Sequence record: PX907402.1
Length of the DNA stretch: 44,317 bases
Source: a phage
Reading direction: 5' to 3' (one strand)
Below, piece after piece: positions 1 through 7,798 of this stretch. The notes under the pieces are model-generated. The model was not told the origin of the DNA and did not search any database. It saw only the letters and a list, made by a program, of their open reading frames with translations. The position numbers and the translations under genes are program-made. Each line of letters starts with the position of its first letter. Position 1 is the stretch's first letter.

Positions 1-110
1 CACCCCTGTCCCGCTTTTAATTTATGCAATGTTGGTGGGTAAATATGCAGTTTTTATAGGTGCGGTATAGAACGGGACAAAACGGGACGTCCCGCCTGTC
101 CCGCTCCGTT
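1..110. repeat. Right half of composite element copy A: GTCCCGC/GCGGGAC iterons (including palindromic cgggacgtcccgcctgtcccgc) and AT-rich tract ttttaatttatgcaatg; continues from window end
   Basis: Direct reading; shares tgtcccgcctgtcccg, tgtcccgcttt and ttatgca blocks with 16376-16500. Confidence 0.6.
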
Positions 111-432
111 ATGCTGGGTTCTGCCGCGCCATTTCATCCAGCGCAACGCGCTCCATTAGCTTAATATCTTTAAACGCACGCTGCGCGTTTTCGATGCCGT
201 GCATCTTAAATAACCATTCCAGTACGCCGTAGTCGATGCCGTATGCGCCGCCGAATCCGGTGCGCCATTGCGTGGAGCAATCTGTGAAGACTGCGACTAC
301 CTTCGCGTTGTCGGGCCACAGCGCAACGGGCGGACACACGTCTTCAGGTGTCGCGCCCCATAAACTCGCGGCTAAATCTTCGGAGGGTGGCGGCGGGCCA
401 TAAAAGCGCCGCGCCGCCTCAATTAGTTTTTT
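109..432 (-). CDS. Tail assembly chaperone T-like segment, probably expressed only as a fusion to the upstream G-like ORF by -1 frameshift
   Basis: Frame is open from 432 to stop at 109 with no good start; overlaps end of ORF 423..785 at a slippery A AAA AAC; sits between major tail and tape measure genes in circular order. Confidence 0.55.
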   Translation of the reverse strand, partial: KKLIEAARRFYGPPPPSEDLAASLWGATPEDVCPPVALWPDNAKVVAVFTDCSTQWRTGFGGAYGIDYGVLEWLFKMHGIENAQRAFKDIKLMERVALDEMARQNPA

Positions 433-785
433 TCACGCAATCCCATCAGTTCGAGATAGTACGACGTATGGAACACGCCGAACGCGCGCGGGTAGTTGAC
501 CACCAGGCGGCGGACGTTCTCCGCGTTAAATTCGTCCGGCAAATTCCAGCCTTCAGCGACGTGCATGATGGCCTCGACCATAACGTTAAATCCTTCCGGG
601 TCATTGTCGTCATACTCCGACAATTTGCGCTCAGTGTCCTGCATGGTCTGCGAAAATTCGTCGATAGGGCGGTGGCGCACGGTAAACGTCATTTTGCCCG
701 GTTCGTTCTCACCAGGGCGCGGGATCTCAATCGGCAGCTTAAAGGTCGGTTTAGGGTCAAGTGTGAAGAGTGGTGATTTAGCCAT
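423..785 (-). CDS. Tail assembly chaperone (lambda G-like)
   Basis: ATG at 785 after GGAG; acidic ~120 aa protein directly downstream of major tail protein gene; ends REKN* on run of 7 A. Confidence 0.6.
   Translation of the reverse strand: MAKSPLFTLDPKPTFKLPIEIPRPGENEPGKMTFTVRHRPIDEFSQTMQDTERKLSEYDDNDPEGFNVMVEAIMHVAEGWNLPDEFNAENVRRLVVNYPRAFGVFHTSYYLELMGLREKN
426..432 (-). other. Putative -1 programmed ribosomal frameshift slippery heptamer A AAA AAC
   Basis: Minus-strand sequence cgt gAA AAA AAC taa at end of G-like ORF; -1 frame continues open for ~105 codons. Confidence 0.5.
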
Positions 786-801
786 TATATAATTCTCCAA
801 T

Positions 802-824
802 AAAAAAGGGGCCGTACTGGCCCC
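802..824 (-). terminator. Intrinsic terminator after major tail protein gene
   Basis: ggggcc-gtact-ggcccc hairpin followed by T6 on minus strand. Confidence 0.5.
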
Positions 825-854
825 ATATTAACACCCGCTATTTAAGCGACCAAA

Positions 855-1580
855 TTACGACAGCGCCTCGACCAAGTCCTTACGGTAAATAACCATATCG
901 GACTGCATAGTGAGGGTGGACTCCACCGTCTCCACGTTGTTTACTTCAGCCGACGGAATCTTGCGGAAAGACACCTTAGCCGGGTAAATGCGGATTTCAC
1001 CTTTGCCGCTTGCCGCTGCCGGGTTAGTGAACTTAATCACAGTGGTTTTCTGTGTGTCGTCCAGGTCTTCCAGAATCGGGCGGATCGGGTCTTCTTCGTC
1101 GTGGGTGAAAGTGTAGGTCTGGACCAACGGGTTTTTCGTGGTGTTCAGACTGATCGCGGTATTCACCTGCAACGGCTGGAAGGTGGTGGTCTGCTGGTCG
1201 CCACCCGACACGGCAACGTTAGTGATAAACGGGAAGTCGATAAAGCTCGACACCTTCACGACCTCACCCGGTGTGCCTACGCCGAAAGCACCGGTCGGGT
1301 ATTTGGTGGCGTCTTGAGTATCGAAGCGCGCCAGCGTCACGTCGTTCCCGGACACTTTACCCACGATGAACGCGCGGTTCAGCGCACGGACCCACGGGGT
1401 TTTAGTGAACATAACAACGTCGCCAACAACCAGACCGTGAGACTCCGCGCAGGTAATTACGCAACCTTTCGTAAGGTCGGAGATTGACGCCGCGGCGTTG
1501 GTAGCTGCCGTAACCGCGATGCCGCTGCCTAATACGGACCCGATCTGGACGCTGGACCCGTTGGGAAGTTGATAACCCAT
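855..1580 (-). CDS. Major tail (tube) protein
   Basis: 241 aa ORF upstream of chaperone pair, RBS aggag before ATG; position in synteny. Confidence 0.6.
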   Translation of the reverse strand: MGYQLPNGSSVQIGSVLGSGIAVTAATNAAASISDLTKGCVITCAESHGLVVGDVVMFTKTPWVRALNRAFIVGKVSGNDVTLARFDTQDATKYPTGAFGVGTPGEVVKVSSFIDFPFITNVAVSGGDQQTTTFQPLQVNTAISLNTTKNPLVQTYTFTHDEEDPIRPILEDLDDTQKTTVIKFTNPAAASGKGEIRIYPAKVSFRKIPSAEVNNVETVESTLTMQSDMVIYRKDLVEALS

Positions 1581-1640
1581 AATAAAGCTCCTGTTTAGAT
1601 ATACGGTTTAATGATACAGCACGCGCAGAATTGCGCCAAA

Positions 1641-2063
1641 TCAGGCGCAACAGGTGTAGGGTACTGTAACCACGATGCGGGCGCGATCAACATCCTCAAT
1701 CACCGAACTGGTGTATGGCGCGTCTTGAAGCTGGAACGCCGCGCCGGTAAGCCTTACGGCCTGCCACTTGTCAGACGTCGCGATGGCGTCCGCCAGTTCG
1801 CTCGCATACTGTGTGCCAGTGCCCGCAGGAAATACCACGGCAATCTGATACACGCCTGCATAGATCCGGCCCTTCTGCTGGAAGCCAACAAACTGGGTCG
1901 GGGCCGGAAGCAGATATGGTTCCAGGTAGACACCGCTGCCGTTTGCGTGGTCGCCGCTCACGTTCTCCCAGTTAACCTTTATCGGGCGCGCGCTAGTGCT
2001 CAGGCTAACCGATAGCTCTTCGACAACGCTGTTAAGCGCCTTGCGGATTAGAGTATTGCTCAT
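1641..2063 (-). CDS. Tail terminator / neck protein (putative)
   Basis: 140 aa ORF between head completion genes and major tail gene; ATG overlaps upstream stop (TAATG). Confidence 0.4.
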   Translation of the reverse strand: MSNTLIRKALNSVVEELSVSLSTSARPIKVNWENVSGDHANGSGVYLEPYLLPAPTQFVGFQQKGRIYAGVYQIAVVFPAGTGTQYASELADAIATSDKWQAVRLTGAAFQLQDAPYTSSVIEDVDRARIVVTVPYTCCA

Positions 2064-2656
2064 TATTTCACCTTCGAATTGATTTCTGCCGCTACGACGC
2101 GAACAATCCCCGCGGGCGCTTGTTTACTCCAGCCATACTCAAGTCGCTGCGCATACGGCACATTGTTAGTAAACCAGATCGACCCGTATTCACCGGAATC
2201 ATAATGCGCCAGCACTTCACGCCCCGCGGCTAATGTTGCCGTTCCGGCCTTGTCCACGCGGTCAATAGCGCCGACAGCCGGGCGGTCGAACGTAACCTGC
2301 CAGTTTCCCCGGAAGCGTCCTCCGGTGTAATTCTTCGCCGCCCAGCCACGCTGGCGGAACGTGACGTTGCCGTTTTTAGTTTTGAATGAGATGAGCACAC
2401 TGGCGTGCTTCTTCTGCCCACGCTTCAGTTTGCCGCCATTCTTGCGGCGCTGTGCGGCGTTCACCTTGTTCGCGTGCTGGAGGGCCATCGCATAAGCCTT
2501 GTTAATCTTCCACCGGCGAGGGTCGCCAACCGGGGAGATCTCGATCAGTCGTCCGAGTATTTGCATCCCGTACGCCCGTACCGCCTTGTCGTTGTTCTCC
2601 TTCGTCTTATCCACCCACGTAGCAATAGTGGCGGCGAATGAGTAGACTTCAGCCAC
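2063..2656 (-). CDS. Head-tail joining protein, HK97 gp10-like (putative)
   Basis: 197 aa; C-terminal ...FTNNVPYAQRLEYGWS... resembles HK97 gp10-family signature; synteny. Confidence 0.45.
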   Translation of the reverse strand: MAEVYSFAATIATWVDKTKENNDKAVRAYGMQILGRLIEISPVGDPRRWKINKAYAMALQHANKVNAAQRRKNGGKLKRGQKKHASVLISFKTKNGNVTFRQRGWAAKNYTGGRFRGNWQVTFDRPAVGAIDRVDKAGTATLAAGREVLAHYDSGEYGSIWFTNNVPYAQRLEYGWSKQAPAGIVRVVAAEINSKVK

Positions 2657-2657
2657 G

Positions 2658-3011
2658 TTAGCCCCTTAGCTGTAGTTGAAACAGCATGGTTGTGCCAGCC
2701 GGTTGCATGGGGTTTGGGTTGATGACCCTGTAGTCTGTATTGTTCAGGCTAATCAAATCCCCGACCTGCACCGGCTTTACTGCCTGACACAAAAACTTCA
2801 CATCTCCGGCAACGATACGCGTCCCGTCGATCTCGCTTGGCTTGTACTCCTCACGAAGTCCGATGACGTCAAACGAGGTCGGAGGGATGACCACTTCGTC
2901 GCCGTCTACGCGGTCGACTGTACCAGGACGCGTCACCGTAGCCGTCATGCCGAATTTTTTAATCAGCGGATTCACTTTCCGCTTTAATCCTGCGTAATTA
3001 AAGCCCGCCAT
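2658..3011 (-). CDS. Head-tail adaptor / head closure protein (putative)
   Basis: 117 aa ORF in connector gene block. Confidence 0.4.
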   Translation of the reverse strand: MAGFNYAGLKRKVNPLIKKFGMTATVTRPGTVDRVDGDEVVIPPTSFDVIGLREEYKPSEIDGTRIVAGDVKFLCQAVKPVQVGDLISLNNTDYRVINPNPMQPAGTTMLFQLQLRG

Positions 3012-3118
3012 CTTCTTCGCTCTCCTGTGACGGTGGTACTGGTTCTGGCTCCGGTTCTTGTTCTGGTTGCCGTTTAGCGTTGGCGGCGATTATCGCCGCG
3101 AGTAATGCAGGATTCATA

Positions 3119-3619
3119 TCACCCCCGGAATACGTCAAAATTACCCGCTGCGTTGCCGTCTGTGTCAATCCAGTGGCCCAGCAAGCCATCCCACCACGGG
3201 AACGAGACACCACTACCAATCGTCGCAGGGTCATATTCCATCGTGATCGGGCCAACAGTTTCGCGGATAGTCTCCTTACCACTGCCAACAGGAGAAATAT
3301 CAACATCGTCCGCCACCAACATTGCCAGCCGGTAAACGGCTTGCTCAACGGCAACAGGGATTGATGCGAAGTCTACAATCTGCCCAGCGGGAACTACTGC
3401 CAAATCTTCAGTAAGCGTGTTTTGCACCGGCTTCCCGTCCGATGGGTAGTTGATGCGGGGCCATGCGTCAATTCCTGTCGGGTCCGCCTGTTCGCCGATC
3501 CAGTTGAGGCCGTTAAGGAAGTCGTTAACGATGGTAATGTGTCGCGTTGCATCGCCTAGCGTAATTTCAACGCCTCGCGCAGCGGCATAATCGACAAAGG
3601 TTTGCGGGTCGCCATACAT
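3119..3619 (-). CDS. Head completion / connector protein (putative)
   Basis: ATG at 3619 preceded by AGGAG; directly downstream of major capsid terminator. Confidence 0.4.
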   Translation of the reverse strand: MYGDPQTFVDYAAARGVEITLGDATRHITIVNDFLNGLNWIGEQADPTGIDAWPRINYPSDGKPVQNTLTEDLAVVPAGQIVDFASIPVAVEQAVYRLAMLVADDVDISPVGSGKETIRETVGPITMEYDPATIGSGVSFPWWDGLLGHWIDTDGNAAGNFDVFRG

Positions 3620-3634
3620 TGTATTCACTCCTAT

Positions 3635-3658
3635 AAAAAAGGCGGGCATAAGCCCGCC
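3635..3658 (-). terminator. Intrinsic terminator after major capsid gene
   Basis: ggcgggc-ataa-gcccgcc hairpin followed by T-run on minus strand. Confidence 0.5.
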
Positions 3659-3677
3659 CATTTGGGATTTGCGCCCG

Positions 3678-4778
3678 TTAAGACGCGGTAGTCGCCGTCA
3701 GCGTAACCAGTACGCCAGCGGTTTCCTTGATGTGACGGGTAGGCACTGCCTGCGCAGCCTGGATTTTACGACGGCCTTTAGTATCGCCGTCACCAACCGC
3801 GCCAACATCCTGCACGGTTGCCGGTGCGTTGTCTACCTGGCCATGGTCCAGTTCCCAGTTATCCTTAGTGGTGATATCGTCCAGTTTGAACGAGCGTACA
3901 CCTTCGATCGGGGTGCGAGCGGACGCCTTCAGTCGATAGCCTTTAACAGCCACGTTAAAGTCGAACTCGCCCTGCCACCAGCGCTCAATGTTCTCGTTAC
4001 CGCCTTTTTCCTGCGCCAGCATATCAAGGCCGTTGGTGGTAACTGCAACCGCGCCAGGGACCAGGCCCAGCATTTTACCCGCGCCCATCGCGTCAGCCGC
4101 GGCATCGGAGATAATGAAACGGCGACCCAGGCCGTCGCCCATTACCTGCAGATCGCCGATCGCGAATACCTGCTCGGCAGATGGGAGCGCCTGGTATGCG
4201 ATGAAGTTTGCCCAGGTAACGCCGTCCATAAACCAGGATTTAATCAAAGACGCCTGATCGCCGAACTTGGAAGCTGCCAGCGGGAAGTCTGCCAGGGTCG
4301 GGAAGGTACGACCACCAACGCCGTCAACGCGCGCCGGTTGGGTGTATTTTGCCGCTTCGTTGCTTTCGATCGCTGCTTTACTTGCGCCAATACCAGCCTT
4401 CAGGTAATGCAGCATAATCGCTTGAGTAGCCTGTGCCGCAATCTCCGCCGCAACGCTGTTAACGTTGGTTTCAATCTTAGCCATCATGGCCTTAGTGATT
4501 GCTACCGGACCCACTTTCGCGGAAAGGTTAACCGAGTTGGTCAGCATACGCGCCAGCACTTTTGCTGTCGCCGGAGTACCGACGGGGGCATAGGCGTTAC
4601 GGTCGGTAACGAGGTTGGCGATCAAGCCTACGGACATTTTTTCTACAACGTCCTTCAGCACTTCACCCGTGCCGAGAACAACAGCGCCGTTAGCGGCAGC
4701 GTTGAACACGTTCAGGTTGTCGGGGATCATTTGCGTAACCGCGGTGACGAGTTTACGCTGGAACACTGTTAAAGACAT
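3678..4778 (-). CDS. Major capsid protein
   Basis: 366 aa ORF after scaffold gene, RBS aaagga, followed by terminator; size and synteny. Confidence 0.75.
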   Translation of the reverse strand: MSLTVFQRKLVTAVTQMIPDNLNVFNAAANGAVVLGTGEVLKDVVEKMSVGLIANLVTDRNAYAPVGTPATAKVLARMLTNSVNLSAKVGPVAITKAMMAKIETNVNSVAAEIAAQATQAIMLHYLKAGIGASKAAIESNEAAKYTQPARVDGVGGRTFPTLADFPLAASKFGDQASLIKSWFMDGVTWANFIAYQALPSAEQVFAIGDLQVMGDGLGRRFIISDAAADAMGAGKMLGLVPGAVAVTTNGLDMLAQEKGGNENIERWWQGEFDFNVAVKGYRLKASARTPIEGVRSFKLDDITTKDNWELDHGQVDNAPATVQDVGAVGDGDTKGRRKIQAAQAVPTRHIKETAGVLVTLTATTAS

Positions 4779-4875
4779 ATCGAAATCCTTTGAGTTGTGA
4801 GCATTCGCCCAGTACCGTTAATGTTACCTTAGATTTACGCGCTCGCAAAATCGCCCGCTTTCGCGGGCGATCTGC

Positions 4876-5580
4876 TTACTCGTCGTCGCCCATTTTAGCG
4901 ATGATATCCCCTGCCTGTTTCGTCAAGTCAGCGATACCGAAGCTGTGGCCCATAGTGATTTTCGACTTCACATCTTCGACAACCTGCGTCGGTTTGCTAG
5001 GAGCGCCGCCTGCTGGCGTGCCAGCCAGGACGGATGCAAAATCGGCGTTATTACGGAACTCTTTTTCCAGATCTTCCATAGTCAGCGCGGACGGTTTGCC
5101 ATCCTGCAAGACACGCACTTTCAAGCTGCCGTCTTCGCCGTCTTCCAGCGTCAGGCGGTCCATTACGTGGCGTTGCATGATGCCCGCATTCTTACCGAAT
5201 AGCTTCGATGCCAGGTCTTTGGCAGCGCTGCCGATGGTTAGATCGTGGATCTGCTTGCGGTAGGCTTCGATTTTTCCCGCTGTGTCTGCTTCGTGTTTCG
5301 CAAACTTATCTTTCCAGGACTTGTCGATCGCTTCGAGGTCGCCATTTTTGCGCGCGGCGGCTTCCTCTTTCTCTTTCGCAAGGCGCTCAGCTTCGGCGCG
5401 GCGTTCAGCTTCTGCTTTCTTCTCGCTCACCAGCTTCGCGTTGTTGTCTTTCAGACCCTTGATTTCCGCCTGTACTTCTTCTGCGGTCATGAAAGTTGAT
5501 TTATACCCGTCGCCATCGGCAACAAAAAGCGCCTTCATACCTTCCGGCAACGCGTCATATTCTGCTTTAGTAAGTTTCAT
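4876..5580 (-). CDS. Scaffolding protein
   Basis: ATG at 5580 after aggggga RBS; A/E/K-rich coiled-coil-like 234 aa protein immediately upstream of major capsid. Confidence 0.7.
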   Translation of the reverse strand: MKLTKAEYDALPEGMKALFVADGDGYKSTFMTAEEVQAEIKGLKDNNAKLVSEKKAEAERRAEAERLAKEKEEAAARKNGDLEAIDKSWKDKFAKHEADTAGKIEAYRKQIHDLTIGSAAKDLASKLFGKNAGIMQRHVMDRLTLEDGEDGSLKVRVLQDGKPSALTMEDLEKEFRNNADFASVLAGTPAGGAPSKPTQVVEDVKSKITMGHSFGIADLTKQAGDIIAKMGDDE

Positions 5581-5635
5581 GCTATCCCCCTGGGATTGTG
5601 GCAGAGCAGGCCACCCGCTCGACTTCACGCTTCTA

Positions 5636-5663
5636 ATATTATCAGCGATAAAAATAATCGCAA
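5636..5663 (-). promoter_or_regulatory. Candidate sigma70-like promoter for scaffold/capsid genes
   Basis: Minus strand TTGCGA-16 bp-TAATAT upstream of scaffold start. Confidence 0.3.
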
Positions 5664-5670
5664 AATTCGC

Positions 5671-5709
5671 TTGCAATCCTCGTATTGGTTGCACTATATT
5701 GGTTGCACT
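5671..5709 (+). promoter_or_regulatory. Candidate promoter for DnaN-like gene with two ATTGGTTGCAC direct repeats
   Basis: TTGCAA (5671-5676), 18 bp spacer, TATATT (5695-5700); motif copies at 5684-5694 and 5698-5708. Confidence 0.45.
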
Positions 5710-5729
5710 CCAACAACGAGGAAATGACA

Positions 5730-6242
5730 ATGATTAAAGTTAACTATGCTGATCTTAAAGCCGCTATGATGTGCGCCGCAACTAATGACGTGCGATACTA
5801 TCTGAACGGTGTATTTTTCGACGAGAAAGGATTCATTGTGGCCACCGACGGTCATCGCTTGTTCTGCGGGTCAGCGGTTGTTCCCGAAGGTGAAAGTAAA
5901 ATAGTAGCAATTAAAGGCCGCTTACCTACTAAATTCGAATACTGCAACATAGACGGCACATCCGCTGCGTTCTTTGATAGTAAAGACGTATTAATCGGTA
6001 CCATACCCGTAGAGATCGTAGACGGCCGATTCCCTGACTGGCGTAGATTTACGTCTTTTGACCGCGCTAAAGTGGAGGCTATAGGGTTTGCCGGGGCATA
6101 CCTGTCCGACGCCTGCAAAATTGCTAAATTGTTCGACCGTAAGTTTGATAGCTTAAAACTGGAATTTCAAGGAGTAGACAAGGCGACACGTGTGCTGTTC
6201 AAAGGCGGTGCCTTCCTTGTTATCATGCCGATGCGTTTGTAG
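5730..6242 (+). CDS. Truncated beta sliding clamp (DnaN) homologue, about 170 aa
   Basis: Contains DVRYYLNG, ATDGHRL, VDGRFPDWRR and C-terminal VIMPMRL, which I recall as hallmark segments of bacterial DnaN domain II and C-terminus; own promoter, RBS gagga, flanked by terminator; opposite strand to surrounding head genes. Confidence 0.7.
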   Translation: MIKVNYADLKAAMMCAATNDVRYYLNGVFFDEKGFIVATDGHRLFCGSAVVPEGESKIVAIKGRLPTKFEYCNIDGTSAAFFDSKDVLIGTIPVEIVDGRFPDWRRFTSFDRAKVEAIGFAGAYLSDACKIAKLFDRKFDSLKLEFQGVDKATRVLFKGGAFLVIMPMRL

Positions 6243-6246
6243 CTAA

Positions 6247-6283
6247 CAAAAAGGGGGCCATCACGGCCCTCGAATTATTTTTT
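6247..6283. terminator. Bidirectional intrinsic terminator
   Basis: gggcc-atcac-ggccc hairpin with A-run upstream and T-run downstream; overlaps stop of lipoprotein ORF. Confidence 0.5.
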
Positions 6284-6491
6284 GCAACTCCAGCACTTGC
6301 GCCCTTAGCTTAGCACCACACTCCATATTTTTAACATCAACCAGCAAGTCTTCGTCTGGATCTGCCGAGGCATTCTCAAATGTGCAAGGAGGTCTATAGA
6401 CCGACTCGGTTAGCGGCGTCGATGGCACGTTGCTTGATCCGCACGCGCTCATCATCAAAACGGCAATCAGTACGGTTAGGACGCGTAACAT
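6261..6491 (-). CDS. Outer-membrane lipoprotein, putative o-spanin (Rz1-like)
   Basis: Signal peptide with lipobox LMMSAC-G, 76 aa, ATG after aagagg RBS, embedded in alternate frame of overlapping TM/coiled-coil ORF. Confidence 0.45.
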   Translation of the reverse strand: MLRVLTVLIAVLMMSACGSSNVPSTPLTESVYRPPCTFENASADPDEDLLVDVKNMECGAKLRAQVLELQKIIRGP

Positions 6492-6702
6492 ATTTCACAA
6501 CCTCTTTCGTGATAGTCCTGTATTCCACATCGCGGGCCTGTTCTGCCTGCACCGACCCCTCGACGACCTTAGTTTGCTGCCGTTGGGCTTTCGCTTGCGC
6601 TTCTTGCGCCGCTCTCGCCTCAACGCCAGCGCGGTAGGAATCACCCAGCCAGAAGCCAACCGCCAGGCCGATAACCAACCCGATCGCTGCGTATTTAATC
6701 AC
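6394..6702 (-). CDS. Putative i-spanin (Rz-like); start uncertain (GTG 6702 or TTG 6732)
   Basis: N-terminal TM segment IKYAAIGLVIGLAVGFWLG followed by A/Q/E-rich coiled coil; overlaps lipoprotein ORF. Confidence 0.4.
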   Translation of the reverse strand: MIKYAAIGLVIGLAVGFWLGDSYRAGVEARAAQEAQAKAQRQQTKVVEGSVQAEQARDVEYRTITKEVVKYVTRPNRTDCRFDDERVRIKQRAIDAANRVGL

Positions 6703-7798
6703 GCCATAACCCCCGGTTTTTAAGCTGTGCAATAGTCATTAGCTCACCAGCATCGGTAAACATTTTCGGCACCTTCACGCCGCGCATAATCTGGTCCGCG
6801 CGCTGCACCCCGTATAATTCTTCCAGGATATGGCGCGGCTGGCGCTGCACCCATGAGAAGAAATCAGTTTGCGCGTCGACCTGCTCACTTAGCAATCGGC
6901 CCGCGTCAGCCTTCAGTGCCGGACGCTTACCACTGGGCCAATCTCCCATACCTTTGACTTTCCACGTCTCCGTCGAACGGCAGCAATAATGCAGCTTGCC
7001 CGGACCAGCGCCATATTGTGACCCAGCCACCATTTTCCCGCCGCGCTTTCCTTTGGTGTCGGGAGTAACATCAACCGGATAAAACAGGCGATCGCGTAGC
7101 TGGCACATGGGAGAAGTATGAGTGTCCAATGTAGATAACCATTGGCGACCTTCGAGAATATCGTCATTAGCTTTTACCATTAATTCTCGGGCTGTCGCCG
7201 CATAGTGGTTGACTGCGGACTTAACAACGCTCGAGATAGCTTGCGCACTACGACCACCTAGCGCGCGCCTCACGTCCGCGATAATTTCCATCGTTGGCTT
7301 GCCCTGGATGAATCCCGCTCGCACCTGGTTACCGATCTGCGTCCTGGTCCACTCAGAAAGTGAGTCAGGCCATTGCATCATAGTATTACCCTGGAACGGG
7401 TTTTTCATAGCCGTCGCTGCGATCTGCGCACCGGTCACTACGCCAACCACCTCGATCGCAGGTACGGCGACCACCGGCTGGATCGCTGCCGTTAATGTGT
7501 CGGTGAGATAATCAGCCTCCGTGTCGGCGAACTCCTGAAGGCTTTCAGCCAACGCCTTAAACTCGGTGCGCAATTCTGATTTAACGGTCTTGTCGATTTG
7601 CGTTAGCAGGGTGGAAAGTGCCCTGTTATTCATTGACGATTTGCCATCAAGCAACTCGGTCAGCTTTCCCAGTAATGTGGGCCGGAACTTCTCCCACATG
7701 GACAGCACCCGTCGCGCCTGGTCATTGCTCAGGCGCTGGGTGAAGATGTGACGGCGAATCATTCGATCCGCCATATATTGATTAATTGTCTTCGCCAT
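6695..7798 (-). CDS. Head morphogenesis protein (SPP1 gp7 / Mu F-like)
   Basis: 367 aa directly downstream of portal; segment WLSTLDTHTSPMCQLRDRLFY resembles family signature; synteny. Confidence 0.65.
   Translation of the reverse strand: MAKTINQYMADRMIRRHIFTQRLSNDQARRVLSMWEKFRPTLLGKLTELLDGKSSMNNRALSTLLTQIDKTVKSELRTEFKALAESLQEFADTEADYLTDTLTAAIQPVVAVPAIEVVGVVTGAQIAATAMKNPFQGNTMMQWPDSLSEWTRTQIGNQVRAGFIQGKPTMEIIADVRRALGGRSAQAISSVVKSAVNHYAATARELMVKANDDILEGRQWLSTLDTHTSPMCQLRDRLFYPVDVTPDTKGKRGGKMVAGSQYGAGPGKLHYCCRSTETWKVKGMGDWPSGKRPALKADAGRLLSEQVDAQTDFFSWVQRQPRHILEELYGVQRADQIMRGVKVPKMFTDAGELMTIAQLKNRGLWRD

Noticed and set aside
348-776. Plus-strand ORF of 142 aa opposite the tail chaperone genes
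   Set aside because: Lies entirely antisense to better-supported minus-strand genes, with no RBS or promoter; treated as a shadow ORF. The same applies to 1101..1487, 3669..4772, 8981..9295, 10577..11151, 12030..12593, 16730..17467, 35790..36425, 36820..37512, 41492..42016 and similar track entries.
2998-3117. Possible 39-aa gene (MNPALLAAIIAANAKRQPEQEPEPEPVPPSQESEEDGGL) filling the gap between two connector genes
   Set aside because: Short, low-complexity, and its start overlaps the upstream gene end without a clear RBS; kept as uncertain rather than annotated.
5684-5708. Interpretation of TTGGTTGCA as a sigma54 (-24/-12) promoter element
   Set aside because: The TGG and TTGCA parts are contiguous rather than separated by the spacing expected between -24 GG and -12 GC elements, and the motif always sits beside a sigma70-type -10 hexamer.
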